Shown here: piece by piece, positions 1-14,780 of the stretch
How positions within the stretch are numbered: position 1 is the first letter of the stretch
Layout of the letters: each line of letters begins with the position of its first letter
Origin: the human T2T-CHM13v2.0 reference genome, Homo sapiens
Assembly (NCBI RefSeq): GCF_009914755.1
Contig: NC_060932.1
Length of the DNA: 64,000 nt
Direction: 5' to 3' (one strand)
Position numbers and translations under genes: made by a program
The notes under the pieces: model-generated
The model's input: only the letters and a program-made list of their open reading frames with translations
The model's database searches: none
Told to the model about the DNA's origin: nothing

Positions 1-1590
1 ATTATAACATAATGGTAAGTATTTATGTTTCTAATCATATCTAAACATAGAAAAGGTACTGTAAAAATGCAATATAAAAGACAAAAAAAAATGGTAGACC
101 TGTATAGGACACTTACCCTGAATGGAGCTTGCAGGACAAAGTTGCTCTGGATGTGTCAGTTAGTAGTGAATGAACGTGAAGGCCTGGACATTGCTCTACA
201 CTACTGTAAACACTGTACACTGAGGCTACACTAAATTTAATATTAAAAATATTTTTCTATTTTTTTACTTCAACTTTTATTTTAAGTTCAGGGGTACATG
301 TGCAGGATGTGCAGGTTTGTTACATAAGTAAATGTGTTCCATGGTGGTTTGCTGCACAGATCATCCCATCACCTAGGTATTAAGTCCAGGATCCATTAGC
401 TGTTCTTCCTTATGCTCTCACTCCCCCCACCACCCCCCTTGACAGGCCCCAGTGTGTGTTGTTCCCCTCCACATGTGTCCATATGTTCTTATTGTTCAGC
501 TCCCACTTATATGTAAGAACATGCGGTGTTTGGTTTTCTGTTTCAGCATTAGTTTGCTGAGGGTAATGGCTTCCAACTCCATCCATGTCCCTGCAAACGA
601 CATGATCTCAATTTATTATAGCTGCATAGTATTCCACAGTGTATATGTACCACATTTTCTTTATCCAGTCTATGACTAATGAGCATTGGGGTTGATTCCA
701 TGTCTTTGCTATTGTAAATAGTGCTGCAGTGAACATACGCATGCATGTATCTTTATAATAGAAAGACTTAAATTACTTTGGGTTTATACCCAGGAATGGG
801 ATTTATGGATCAGATGGTATTTCTGCCTTTAGATCTTTGAAGAATTGCCACACTGTCTTCCACAATGGTTGAACTAATTTATACTCCCACCAACAGTGTA
901 AAAGCATCCCTTTTTCTCTGTAACCTTGCCAGCATCTGTTTTTTTTTAATTTTTTTAATAATAATCATTCTGACTGGCATGAGATGGTATCACATTGTAG
1001 TTTTGATTTGCATTTCTCTAATGATCAGTGATATTGAGCTTTTTTTCATATGTTTGTTGGCCGCATGTATGTTGTCTTTTGAGAATTATCTGTTCATGCC
1101 CTTTGCCTACTTTTTAATGGTGTTGTTTGTTTTTTTCTTGTAAATTTGTTTAAGTTCCTTATAGAATCTGGATATTACATCTTTGTCAGAAGGATTAATT
1201 GAAAAACTTTTCTCCCATTCTGTAGGTTGTCTATTCACTTTAATGATAGTTTCTTTTGCTGTGTAGAAGCTCTTTGGTGTAATTAGGTCCCATTTATCAA
1301 TTTTTGCTTTTGTTGTGACTGCTTTTGGCATTTTCATCATGAAATCTTTGCCTGTGCCCATGTCCTGAATAGTATTGCCTAGATTTTCTTCTAGGGTTTT
1401 TATAGTTTTGGGTTTTACATTTAAGTCTTTAGTCCATCTTGAGTTAATTTTTGTGTAAGGTGTAAGGAAGGGGTCCAGTTCCAGTGTTCTGCATATAGCT
1501 AACCAGTTCTCCCAGCACCATTTATTAAACAGGAAATCCTTTCCCCATTGTTTGTTTTTGTCAGGTTTGTCAAAGATCAGGTGGATGTAG

Positions 1591-2004
<414 letters not shown>

Positions 2005-2887
2005 TAGTTTGAAGTCAGGGAGTGTGATGTCTCAGCTTTGTTCTTAGGATTGTCTTGGCTATTCTGGCTTTTTTTTGTTTAATATTAATTTAAAATTTTT
2101 TTTTCTAATTTTGTGAAGCATATCAATGATAGTTTAATGGGAATAGCATTGAAACTGAAAATTACTTTGGGTCGCATGGTTATTTTCGTGATATTGATCC
2201 TTTCTATTCATGAACATGGAATTTTTTTTCCCATTTGTTTTTGTCCTCTCTGATTTCTTAGAGCAGTGGTTTATAGTTCTCCTTGAAGAGGTCCTTCACT
2301 TCCCTTCCCTTGTTAGCTATATTACTAGATATTTTATTCTTTTTGTGGCAGTTGTGAATGGGAGTTCATTCATAATTTGGCTCTCAGCTTGTCTGTTCTT
2401 GGTGTATAGGAATGCTAGCAATTTTTGCACATTGTATCCTGAGACTTTGCAGATGTTTCATATCAGCTTAGGAAGCTTTTGGGCTGAGACAATGGGGTTT
2501 TCTAGATATAGGATCATGTAATCTGCAAACAAAGATAATTTGACTTCCTCTCTTCCTATTTGGATGCTTTTTATTTCTTTCTCTTCTTGATGTCCCTGGC
2601 CAAAACTTCCAATACTATGTTGAATAATAGTGTTGTGAGAGGGCATCCTTGTCTTGTGCCGATTCTCAAGGGGAATACTTCCAGCTTTTGCCCATTCAGT
2701 ATGATATTGGCTGTGGGTTTATCAAATAGCTCTTGTTATTTCAAGGTATGTTCCTTCAATACCTAGTTTACTGAGAGTTTTTAACATGAGAGGATGTTGA
2801 ATTTTATCGAAGGCTTTTTCTGCACCTATTGAGATAATCATGTGATTTTTGTCTTTGGTTCTGTTTAGGTGATGAATCACATTTATT

Positions 2888-3768
2888 TTTTATTTTTAAT
2901 TTTTTTCTTTTTTTTTTTAAATTTTTTTTTTAAATTTTTTTTTTTATTATACTCTAAGTTTTAGGGTACATGTGCACATTGTGCAGGTTAGTTACATATG
3001 TATACATGTGCCATGCTGGTGTGCTGCACCCACTAACGTGTCATCTAGCATTAGGTATATCTCCCAATGCTATCCCTCCCCCCTCCCCCGACCCCACCAC
3101 AGTCCCCAGAGTGTGATATTCCCCTTCCTGTGTCCATGTGATCTCATTGTTCAATTCCCACCTATGAGTGAGAATATGCGGTGTTTGGTTTTTTGTTCTT
3201 GCGATAGTTTACTGAGAATGATGGTTTCCAATTTCATCCATGTCCCTACAAAGGACATGAACTCATCATTTTTTATGGCTGCATAGTATTCCATGGTGTA
3301 TATGTGCCACATTTTCTTAATCCAGTCTATCATTGTTGGACATTTGGGTTGGTTCCAAGTCTTTGCTATTGTGAATAGTGCCACAATAAACATACGTGTG
3401 CATGTGTCTTTATAGCAGCATGATTTATAGTCCTTTGGGTATATACCCAGTACAAACAACCCCATCAAAAAGTGGGCGAAGGACATGAACAGACACTTCT
3501 CAAAAGAAGACATTTATGCAGCCAAAAAACACATGAAGAAATGCTCATCATCACTGGCCATCAGAGAAATGCAAATCAAAACCACTATGAGATATCATCT
3601 CACACCAGTTAGAATGGCAATCATTAAAAAGTCAGGAAACAACAGGTGCTGGAGAGGATGTGGAGAAATAGGAACACTTTTACACTGTTGGTGGGACTGT
3701 AAACTAGTTCAACCATTGTGGAAGTCAGTGTGGCGATTCCTCAGGGATCTAGAACTAGAAATACCATT
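2888..3768 (-). mobile_element. L1HS pre-Ta, 5'-truncated with 5' inversion (minus part 2888-3452, inverted plus part 3452-3771)
   Basis: 3'UTR in L1 sense reads GATGAC-ACG-TTAGTG and AAAACTTAGAGTATAAT (ACG/G diagnostics). ~58-nt T tract. Perfect 15-bp TSD TGAATCACATTTATT at 2873-2887 and 3769-3783. Strand switch at 3452. Confidence 0.93.
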
Positions 3769-6250
3769 TGAATCACATTTATTGATTTGCATATGTTGAA
3801 CCAAACTTGCATCCTAGGGATTAAACCAGCTTTATCATGGAGCATAAGCTTTTTTATGTGCTGCTGGATTCATTTTGCCAGTATTTTATTGAAGATTTTT
3901 GCATCGCTCTTTGTTAGGGATATTGGCCTGAAGTTTTCTTCTTTTTGTTGTATCTCTGCCAGTTTTTGGTATCAGGATGATTCTGGCCTCATAGAATGAG
4001 TTAGAAAAGAGTCCCTTCTCCTCAATTGTTCGGAGTCATTTTAGTAGGAATTATATTAGCTCTTCTTCATACATCTGGTAGAATTCAGCTGTGAGTCTGT
4101 CTCTCACAGCTTTTTTGGTTGGTAGGCTATTTCTTACTGCCTCAATTTTGGAGCTTGTTATTGGTTGGTTCAGGGATTTCATTTCTTCCTGGTTCAGTCT
4201 TGGAAGGTGTATGTGTCCAGTTATTTATCAATTTCTTCTAGATTTTCTAGTTTATATGCACTGTATGGTGTTTATGGTATTCTCTGATGGTTGTTTGTAT
4301 TTCTGTGGGGTCAGTGGTGATATTCCCCTTAGCATTTCTGATTGTGTTTATTTGATTTTTCTCTCTTTTCTTCCTTATAAGTCTAGCTAGCTATTTTACT
4401 AATTTTTTTTCAAAAAAATCAGCTCCTGGACTCAGTGATCTTTTGAATTTTTTTATATCTCTATCTCCTTCAGTTTTGCTCTGATCTTGGTTATTTCTTG
4501 TCTTCTGCTAGCTTTGGAGTTTGTTTGCTCTTGGTTCTCTAGTCCTTTTCGTTCTGATGTTAGAATTTTAACTTGAGATATTTCCGGCATTTTTATGTGG
4601 TCATTTAGTGATAAAAATCTCTCTCTTAATACTACTTTAGCTGTGTCCCAGGGATTCTGATATGTTGTCTCCTTTTTCTCATTACTTTCAAAGAACTTCC
4701 TGATTTCTGCCTTAATTTTGTTATTTACCCAGGAGTCATTCAGTAGCAGGTTGTTCAATTTCCATGTAGTTGTGTGGTTTTGAGTGAATTTCTTAATCTT
4801 GAGTTCTAATTTGATTGTACTGTGGGCTGAGATACTGTTTGTTGTGATTTCATTTCTTTTGCATTTGCTGAAGAGTGTTTTACTTCCGATGATGTGATCA
4901 ATTTTTGAGTAAGTACTGCATGGCTATGAGAAGAATGTATATTCCGTTGTTTTTGGTTGGAGAATTCTGTAGATATCTCTGAGGTCCACTTGATTCAGAG
5001 CTAAGTTCAGGTCCTGAATATCTTTGTTAATATCTTTGTTAATTTTCTGTCTTGCTGATCTGCCTAATGTTGTCAGTGGACTAGTAATGTCTCCCACTAT
5101 AATTGTGTGGGAGTCTAAGTCTCTTTGTAGGTCTCTAAGCACTTGCTTTATAAATCCGGGTGCTCCTGTACTGGGTGCATATATATTTAGGATAGTTAGG
5201 TCTTCTTGTTTAACTGAATGCTTTACCATTATGTAATGCCCTTCTTTTTCTTTTTTGATCTTTGCTGGTTTAAAGTCTGTTTTGTCAGAAACGAGGATTG
5301 CAACCCCTGCTTTTTTTGTTTTCCATTTGCTTGGTAAATTTTTCTCTCTCCCTTTATTTTGAGCCTCTGCATATCTTTGCACATGACATGTGTCTGTTAA
5401 AGACAATATACCAATGGATATTGGCTCTTTATCCAGCTTGCCATTCTGTGCCTTCTAATTGAGGCATTTAACCCATTTATGTTTAATGTTAGTATTGTTT
5501 CGTGTGAATTTGATCCTGTCATTATGATGCTAGCAGGTTATTTTGCAGACTTGTTAATGTGGTTGCTTCATACTGTCACTGGTCTGTATTCCTCAGTGTG
5601 TTTTTGAAGTGGCTGGTAATGGTTTTTCCTTTCCATATTTAGTGTTTTCTTCAGGAGCTCTTGCAAGGCTGGCCTGGTGGTGATGAATTCTCTCACCATT
5701 TGCATGTCTGAAAAGGATCTTATTTCTCCTTTGCTTATGAAGCTTAGTTTAGCTGGATATGAAATTCTGGGTTGGAAGTTCTTTTATTTGAGAATGTTGA
5801 ATATTGGCCCCCAATCTCTTCTGTCTTGTAGGGTTTCCACCAAGAAGTCTGCTGTTAGACTGATGTGCTTCCCTTTGTAGGTGTCTGAGCCTTTCTCCCT
5901 GGCTGTTCTTAACAATTTTTTGTTTCATTTCAACCTTGGAGCATCTGATGATTATGTTCTTGGGGTTGATCTTGTTATGGAATATCTTACTGGGTTTCTC
6001 TGGATTTCCTGAGTTTGAATGTTGGCCTGTCTTGCTAGGTTGAGGAAGTTCTCCTGGGTGATATTCTGTAGTATGTTTTCCAACTTGGTTTCATCCTCCC
6101 CATCTATTTCAGGTACCCCAGTCATAAGTTTGGTCCTTTTACATAATCCCACATTTCTCAGAAGTTCTGTTTGTCCCTTTTTATTCTCTTTTCTTACATA
6201 ATTCCAAAATTTTGGAGATTTTGTTCATTTCTTTTTATTTTTTAATCTAT

Positions 6251-6499
6251 TATTATTATTATTATTATACTTTAAGTTTTAGGGTACATGTGCACAATGT
6301 GCACGTTTGTTACATATGTATACATGTGCCATGTTGGTGTGCTGCACCCATTAACTTGTCATTTAGCATTAGGTATATCTCCAAATGCTATCCCTCCCCC
6401 CACCCCACAACAGTCCCCGGAGTGTGATGTTCCCCTTCTTGTGTCCATGTGTTCTCATTGTTCAATTCCCACCTATGAGTGAGAACATGCGGTGTTTGG
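6251..6499 (-). mobile_element. Short 3' stub of L1PA3/L1PA4 inserted in host L1 ORF1
   Basis: L1PA 3'UTR (TTAAGTTTTAGGGTACATGTGCACAA...), (TAT)n tail, 12-bp TSD TTTTTAATCTAT at 6239-6250 and 6500-6511. Confidence 0.88.
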
Positions 6500-8219
6500 T
6501 TTTTAATCTATATTCTTGTCTGCCTGTCTGAATAGTCTGAAAGCTCTGAGCTTCTTTTCTCCACATGATTGATCTATTCTGCTATTGGTACTTGTGATTG
6601 CATTGCGAAATTCTCATATTGTGTTTTTCAGCTCCATCAGGTCAACTGTGTTCATCTCTAAACTGGCTATTCTGGTTATCAGCTACTGTATTGCTTGATG
6701 ATATTTCTTAGCTTCTTTGCATTGGGTTACACATGCCCCTTTAGCTCAGCGAAGTTTATTACCCACCTTCTGAAGCCTACTTCTGTTAATTCAGCCATCT
6801 CAGCTTCAGCCCAGTTCTGTGTCCTTGCTGGAGAGATGTTGCAGTCATTTGTAGAAGAGGCACTCTGGCTTTTTGATTTTCCAGCATTTTTCATTGATTT
6901 TCTCTCATTTTTGTGGGCTTATCTACCTTTGATCTTTGAGGTTGCTGATCTTGAATTGGGCTTCTGTGGGGTATTTTTAGTTGATGTTGTTGTTGTTTTA
7001 TGTCTGTTTTTATTTTAATAGGCCTCTGTCTGTTAGCAACCATAGGGCTGCTGTGGTTTGCTGGGGGTCCACTCCAGACCCTAGTTGCCTTAGTTTTTCC
7101 CATACCTGGAGGTATCACCAGTGATTGCTGCAAAACAGCAAAGGTGATAGCCTGCTCCTTCCTCTAGAAGCTCCATCCTAGGTGGGTACTCACCTGTTGC
7201 CAGCCTGAATGCTCCTGTAGTTGCTGTCCGGAGACCTCTGTTGAGAGGTCACAGGCAATCAGGAGGAACGAGATCAGGGACCTGCTTACAGAATCAGCCT
7301 GGCTGCTTTTGATAGAGCAGATGTGCTGAATTGGGCAGGGGTGGCCCTTCCTTATCTGGACTACCTGGACTCTCCAAACAGCGGAGTCAGTGGTCACCCC
7401 TCCCCTGGGATCTTTCTTACGGAGAGATCAGAGTTCTGTTCATATAAGCCTGGCTGGAGTGACTAAAGGACCCCTGCAGGGAGGCCTGGCCCAGTGGGGA
7501 GGAATGGATTGGAGTCCTGCTTAAAGAAGCATTTTGTGTGCAATTTTGCAAAGCAGGTGTGCTGCATTGAAGAAGACCCCTCCAAGTCAGGATCTCTTGG
7601 ACTCTCCAGAGCCAGGAGGCTGGAATGTTGAGTCAACCGAACTGCAGAAATGGCAGCTGCTTCTCCCCCCAGCCCCGCCTAACCCTCCCACCCCCGGCCA
7701 AACTCTTTAGTTTCAGGCAAACTCAGCCTATTTTCATTGGCTGGGATTCCAAGCCAGTGAGTCTTTACTTTTGGAAGTGGGGCCCACAGAATGACACAGC
7801 TTGGCTCCCTGGATTCAGCCCCTTTCCTAGGGGAATGTATGAGTGGATCTGACGCATTGCCAGGAATCTGGGGCTAGAGTATGTAAAACTTCTGGGGCTC
7901 TGTGTGCGCCTGAGCAGTTGCTCTGCGGAGACTCCACACAGCTCTGTATGTCAGACCCAAGGCCCTGGCGGCATGGGTTCACGAGGGCATCTCCTGATCC
8001 ATGGGTTGCAAAGATCGTGGGAGAAGCGTGGTTTCCTGGGCAGGGTTGCACAATCTCTCACTGCTTCCCTTGGCTAGGGGTGAGGGTTCCTTTTGCTCCA
8101 TGCTGCTCCCAGGTGGGCTGTCACCCCTAAAAATATTATTCTTTCTTCAATAGTATATTAACTTTAGCTTACTGTAACTTTCTTATTTTATAAACTCTAT
8201 AACTTAAAAAAATTTTTTA

Positions 8220-8583
<364 letters not shown>

Positions 8584-8939
8584 TTATATCTTTATTCTTT
8601 AAGCTTTTTATTTTTTACTTTTTACTTGAAAATTTTTTTCTGTTAAAAAATAAGGCACAAATATCCACATTATCCTAAGCCTACACGGGGTCAGGGTCAT
8701 CTGTATCACTACCTTCCATCTACACATCTTGTCCCACTGGAAGGTCTTCAGGGCTTCAGGGGTAATAACAGACATGGAGCTATCATCTCCCATGATAATA
8801 ATGCCTTCTTTTGAAGTACCTCCTGAAGGAACGGCATGAGACTGTTTTACAGTTACGTTTTTTTTAATTGGTAGAAGGAGTACATTCTAAAATAACTATT
8901 AAAATAGAGTATACTAAATACATAAACCAGTAACCTGGT

Positions 8940-9358
8940 TGATATGGTTTGGATGTGTGTACCTGCCAAAAGCTCATGTTGAATTGTAATCCCCAGTATT
9001 GGAGGTGGGGCCTGGTGGGAGGTGAATGGATCATGGAGGTGGAGTTCTCAGGAATGGTTTAGCACCATTTCCCCTTGGTATTCTGTAGTTAGTTCTTACG
9101 AGATCTGGTTGTTTAAAGGTGTATTTCACCTCCTCCTTCTTTCTATCTTGCTCCTACTCCAGCCATGTAAGACATGCCTGCTCCACCTTCACCTTCCACC
9201 ATAATCGTAGGTTTTCTGAGGCCTCCCCAGTGGCTGAGCAGATGCCAGCATCATGCTTCCTTTACAGCCTGTGGAACCATGAGCTAATTAAACCTCTTTC
9301 TTTATAAGTTACCAGTCTCAAGTATTTCTTTATAGCAGTGTGAGAATGGACTAATACA
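8940..9358 (+). mobile_element. MaLR solo LTR (MSTA/MSTB)
   Basis: TGATATGGTTTGGATGTGTG start, ATTAAACCTCTTTCTTTATAA polyA region, GGACTAATACA end. Confidence 0.88.
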
Positions 9359-9697
9359 GTAGTCATTTATTATTATCAAGTATTATGTACTGTATATAAT
9401 TGTATGTGCCGTACATTCAAACAGCTGGTAGTAGGATAAGTTTGTTTACACTACTCAACACAAACATGTTTGTGTTTGTGTAGTGCATTGTGCTTTGATG
9501 TCAGGATGGCTGCGACATCACTAGGTGATAGGAATTTTTCACCTCCATCATAATCTTATGAGACCACCATTGTAAATGCAATCTATCATTCATTGAAACA
9601 TCATTATGCCACACATGACTAGTTCTTCAAGTTGGAGAAGACAGAAGCAAAGTAAGATTTGAGTCACAAACTTTGGCTTTGTTTGCAGACGGCTTAA

Positions 9698-10427
<730 letters not shown>

Positions 10428-11237
10428 TAAAAATCATTAGAAACCGACAAAATGTTTGCATTGGCAAATAAATCACTACAATCATCCAGAATTTAGTATC
10501 CACATTGTGAAAAAAAATGTAGTTTATGGTTAACAATAAGTAAATTATTATAAAGTGCCACCTTTGAAGGAAGGAAGCACTACTCCACCTCTCAAAAACT
10601 GTTTTAATGTGTGACTTTTGTGAAACAACTCTCCTCACTTCATGTGAACCCTGTTAAGCCACTACTACAACTAAATATAAGCAGATGTTACCAAATACAA
10701 AACTTATTAGCTCTCTTATCTAAGGCATGTTATTACATAGTAAACATGCATTAATGTATGTCAGACTAGAATGTAAGGCCTTCTGAGCACCAGGAACTGC
10801 CTTCTTTCAATGTCACCAACATATATCAAGTTGGATTTTTCAAGCTTCCCTTGACACCGTCCAGTTCACATACAGTACCCCATGATTTGTTTCTATCCTT
10901 CCATGTTCAAACAACATTTTATGCTATTTCTGAGAACACATAGTTGCTGAGTTACTGTGAAACTGTCATGTTACTAGCTCATCAGGGGAATGAAAACAAG
11001 TATTTGAATTACAGTAAAATAGTGTACACATCAGGGGTTAATTGTATGATATTAATGCATGAATTACAAGAGACAGTGACCCATTCACTTTAATTGCATA
11101 GATAACAGCACCAAATTTATATAGGAAACATTTCTTCATTAAGAAAGAGATTGTTAATTCCAATTCCCCAAAAGAGTCTGTGACAATTTTTATCAAAATT
11201 ATGAATTTTGTTTAGTGACGATTTCATGTACTGTTAT

Positions 11238-12073
11238 TGTTAAGAGACAATTTTCAATGGGTTACTCATATGTCAGCATGTCCCGTGAGTGAAGCACTTA
11301 CTGACTTTATGTTCTGAAGTCTCCTTTATTTTATTTTATTTATTTATTTATTTATTTATTTATTTTGAGACAGTGTCTAGTTCTCTCACTCAGGCTGGAG
11401 TGCAGTGGTGTGATCTCAGCTCATTTCGACCTCTGCCTTCTGGGCTTAAGCAGCCCTCCCGTCTCAGCCTCCCAAGTAGCTGAGATTACAAGTGGTTGCC
11501 ATCATTCCTGGCTAATTTTTGCTTTTATTTTTTATTTTTTTGTAGAGACAGAATTTCACCGTGGTGCCCAGGCTGGTCTTGAACTCTGGGGCTCAAGCCT
11601 CCCAGAGTGCTGGGATTACAGGTGTGAGCCACCATACTGGACCCTTAACTGTCTTTTCAAAGATGTTTGCCTAATGACCACACTTGAAAGACATAGTATC
11701 TCGCTCTGAAACAAGAAGTAGCCTTGCTTGCTGCCCAGCATAGCAAGATAATGACTCCCACAGGAGCAAAGGACACATATGCTTACTTCCTTTTATAAAA
11801 GATCCAAATTCCCTAAGTTTAGAGTTCCTCTCTTGAAGCGCATTATATCTGCGGGGATTACATAGGCCTCTTCATGTCTCGCAGTAAGAGTTTGAGTTCC
11901 TCCAACCTGTGGAAAAATTCAGATAGTCTGTCTAATGTTACTGCCATGAGAAAGTCTTTTGTCTGACCCAGGAGTCTTGTGTCTTTTCCAGCATCCATAA
12001 AACTGTAGCAGGCTAACTTGTTATTGTGCCAGTTAGGTAAAGATCTTAGCCCCTTCACAGTTCTTGTGAGACA
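11238..12073 (+). mobile_element. ERVL-class LTR (MER76-like), split by an AluJ
   Basis: TGTTAAGAGACAATT start; 3' part GTCTGACCCAGGAGTCTTGTGTCTT...CAGGCTAACTTGTTA...CCCTTCACAGTTCTTG; followed by an ERVL internal region. Family name is from memory. Confidence 0.65.
11325..11643 (-). mobile_element. AluJ with (TTTA)n tail and deletion in left monomer
   Basis: Diverged Alu consensus with J-type CTGGGCTTAAGC. Confidence 0.88.
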
Positions 12074-12074
12074 T

Positions 12075-12502
12075 TGTATCACTCCATTCTTGCGTTGCTA
12101 TAAAGAAATACCTGAGACTGAGTAGTTTATTTTAAGAAAGAGGTTTAATTGGCTCATGATTCTGCAGGCTGGACAGGAAACATGATACTGGCATTTGCTT
12201 GGCTTCTGGGGAGGCTTCAGAAAACTTATAATCATGCAGAAGACAAAAGGGGAGGAGGCACATCACATGGCCAGAACAGGAGCAAGAGAGTGAGAAAGTG
12301 AGAGGTGCTACACACTTTGAAACAAATAGATCTCACGAGAACTCACTCACTTCCATGACAACAGTACCAAAAGGATGGTGATAAACCATTCATGAGAAAT
12401 CCACCCTCATGATCCAATCACCTCCCACCAGGATCCATTTCCAACACTGGTGATTACAATTTAGCATGATATTTGGGCGGGGACACATATCCAACCATCT
12501 CA
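12075..12502 (-). mobile_element. MaLR solo LTR (MSTA/MSTB)
   Basis: TGTATCACTCCATTCTTGCGTTGCTATAAAGAAATACCTGAGACTG ... GGACACATATCCAACCATCTCA is the reverse complement of the MST consensus. Confidence 0.88.
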
Positions 12503-14165
12503 CATGTTTTGGCAGTGAACATCGGTTATTGACAGAGACAAGGCCTTCTAGAAGGGAAAGTATGAGAGTCACATAAACTGATAACAGAGTTTAAGGAAAG
12601 TCCATGGGAATTGGTAATAAACATCTTTACCAAATTGTATAGTGAGGCTGGAAGTAAACCATATGGTCAACCAGGAAGTAAATGGTCCTCAACTTTGTTG
12701 CTTGTTAATAAGAAATTGGGGAGGTAGGTGCATGTATGTAGGTTCAAGGACGCCTATCTAAACCTGGGCTGTAGTTGTTAATTTTGCTCTAGCAAGGGCT
12801 GGGTCAGGAGCAAGGAAGAGAAAGGAGGAAGGGAGATTTCCTTACCAACATGGGGAGGAACCTCAAGTCCACCCTATTGTAACAAATACTAAGATTGATC
12901 CTGAAAGGACAGAAGGATTTCTACTTTCTTTCAGATGACAGTTACAGGGCTGAGCATCTACACTAGCAAGAAAGGAGGAAAATTCACAAAAGGCATGACA
13001 GAAACTAGGTGCATCTTTAAAATTTTGGCTAGTTCATTTCAGAGAAGAGGAGAATAGCATGTAATGCTTATTCTGGAAGAATGGAAATACTTGCTTTCAG
13101 CTCAACACCCTTTGCAGTCTATCATGCCAATTTTAGATCTATTCAAAGATGATGGTAAAACATATGAGGTTTTTTGGTGTTCTGTCTTACACGTATATAT
13201 AAATATATATGTATAAGTTGTTTTATAAGTGTATATATTAAAAACATGTATGTATAAAACATATATGTATATACATATATATACACATACACACATACAT
13301 ACATATATACACATAAGCCTTGTATGCCATAAGGGACATTTGATCCTTTGGGGCAGAATTCCCTGAAGAAAAAACTTGTGGGAAACCATAAGGGAGTCAT
13401 TGACTAGAATTAAAGTTCTTATGGCTCCAGGTAGTTCACAATGCTGGCAGTTGTGACTAACTGGAGAACAAGAAACAAAGTAAGAATGTCCAATAAGCTT
13501 CACTTGTCAAATGGAAGTTATGTATCCAAGAGTACAGCAAGCCAGGCCACAGCAGCTTCTCAGCTTTACATGAAAAAGAGGTAGCTATACTTTGGGGAAA
13601 TTGTATTCCCCCCTCTGCTTCCAGAAGCAAAACTGGTTTGATAGGTTCCTCAATTTAGAGAGATTTCTCTACATTCTTGGGCCTGAGACACTGATTTTTT
13701 GGTCGCTAAGCTAAAACTTGATGGTGTCCACTGTATGATTCAGCCTCAGCACCAGCTGTTCTTAGTTGAGAATGGATGGGTGACAGTGTCTCAGTGGACA
13801 TAACTCATAGCTCTGGACAATACTCTGCTTGACGAACCTTGCTATAATTTTGCTGGCTTTCTGGCTTTTGCTAGGGGCCTAGATGTTTGGTCTGCCACAC
13901 AAATTATGGTTGCTGACCAAGTCATCTAGATCCTACTTGTATATGTTCAAAGTAAGGGACTATTCTCTGATGAGCCCAACTAAAATCCAGCTATTGAATG
14001 AACCTGCGCCACCCAGATTGCCGCCTAATTTCATCTTTGTACTAGATATAGCAACACATCCTCCACTGTAGAGTGAGTACAACTTGGAGGGCTCTGTGTT
14101 TCTAAAGCTGGCCATTTTAATCAGTGAGGAAAAGAAACCACCATTGTGGGTTCTGAGCAATAGGG
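12503..14165 (+). mobile_element. Decayed ERVL internal region with pol connection/RNase H remnants
   Basis: PBS-like TTTTGGCAGTG right after the LTR/MST. Manual translation of 13500-13586 gives SLVKWKLCIQEYSKPGHSSFSALHEKEVA, and 13738-13899 gives IQPQHQLFLVENGWVTVSQWT*LIAL...PCYNFAGFLAFARGLDVWSAT. These resemble the ERVL pol motifs KWKWYI...LHE.VA, SQWAEL and YTDSWAVANGL..WS.TW. Confidence 0.7.
13192..13312. repeat. (TA)/(CA)-rich low-complexity repeat
   Basis: Seen directly. Confidence 0.9.
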
Positions 14166-14780
14166 AATAATTTTCTATTTAAAATTTAGAGAGACACTTT
14201 TTTTTTTCTGCCAAAAGCAAGAAATTGTATGAACTCCTGGTATTGCACCTGTGAAAGTCATTTTGCAGAGATCTTGCAGATGGTATAAGGTGCAGTTTGA
14301 CTCCTGGCTCTGCTAGTTACTATATTACCTTAAACAAACAAAAAACTCTTAGAGATTTAGTGTTATTTTTTAAAAGTGGGAAATGTGATAGTTTTAAAAT
14401 CAAAGAAACAACCCCTGTGAGAATGTTTTCCAATTGCAAAACACTCTACAAATATTATTTGTAGTGCTGGTACTTATGTACATTTATGCTGTAAAGTAGA
14501 AACCAAGCAATATAAATATAGCTCACCATCTATACATTAAACCTAAAAGAATTCAGAAAACAGACCATGATTTTAAAGTGTTTAGCATTTTAGTTGTAAT
14601 ACAATACAGTAACCAGTATACTTTGGGGAACCTGGGTGAGGTGCACAACAGCCTAGAAGGAAGGAAGGTTAAGAAGCAACAAAATGGAAACCAGGACAAA
14701 GAACTATACTGCATACCAAAACGACACTATAGTTATTTAGATAATACACTATTTGTAGTTTGGATTATGTATTTTTTATC

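Noticed and set aside
3151-3799. Overlapping divergent ORFs 3151-3513(-) and 3485-3799(+) as a novel gene pair
   Set aside because: Both are L1HS ORF2 C-terminal pieces made chimeric by the inversion junction.
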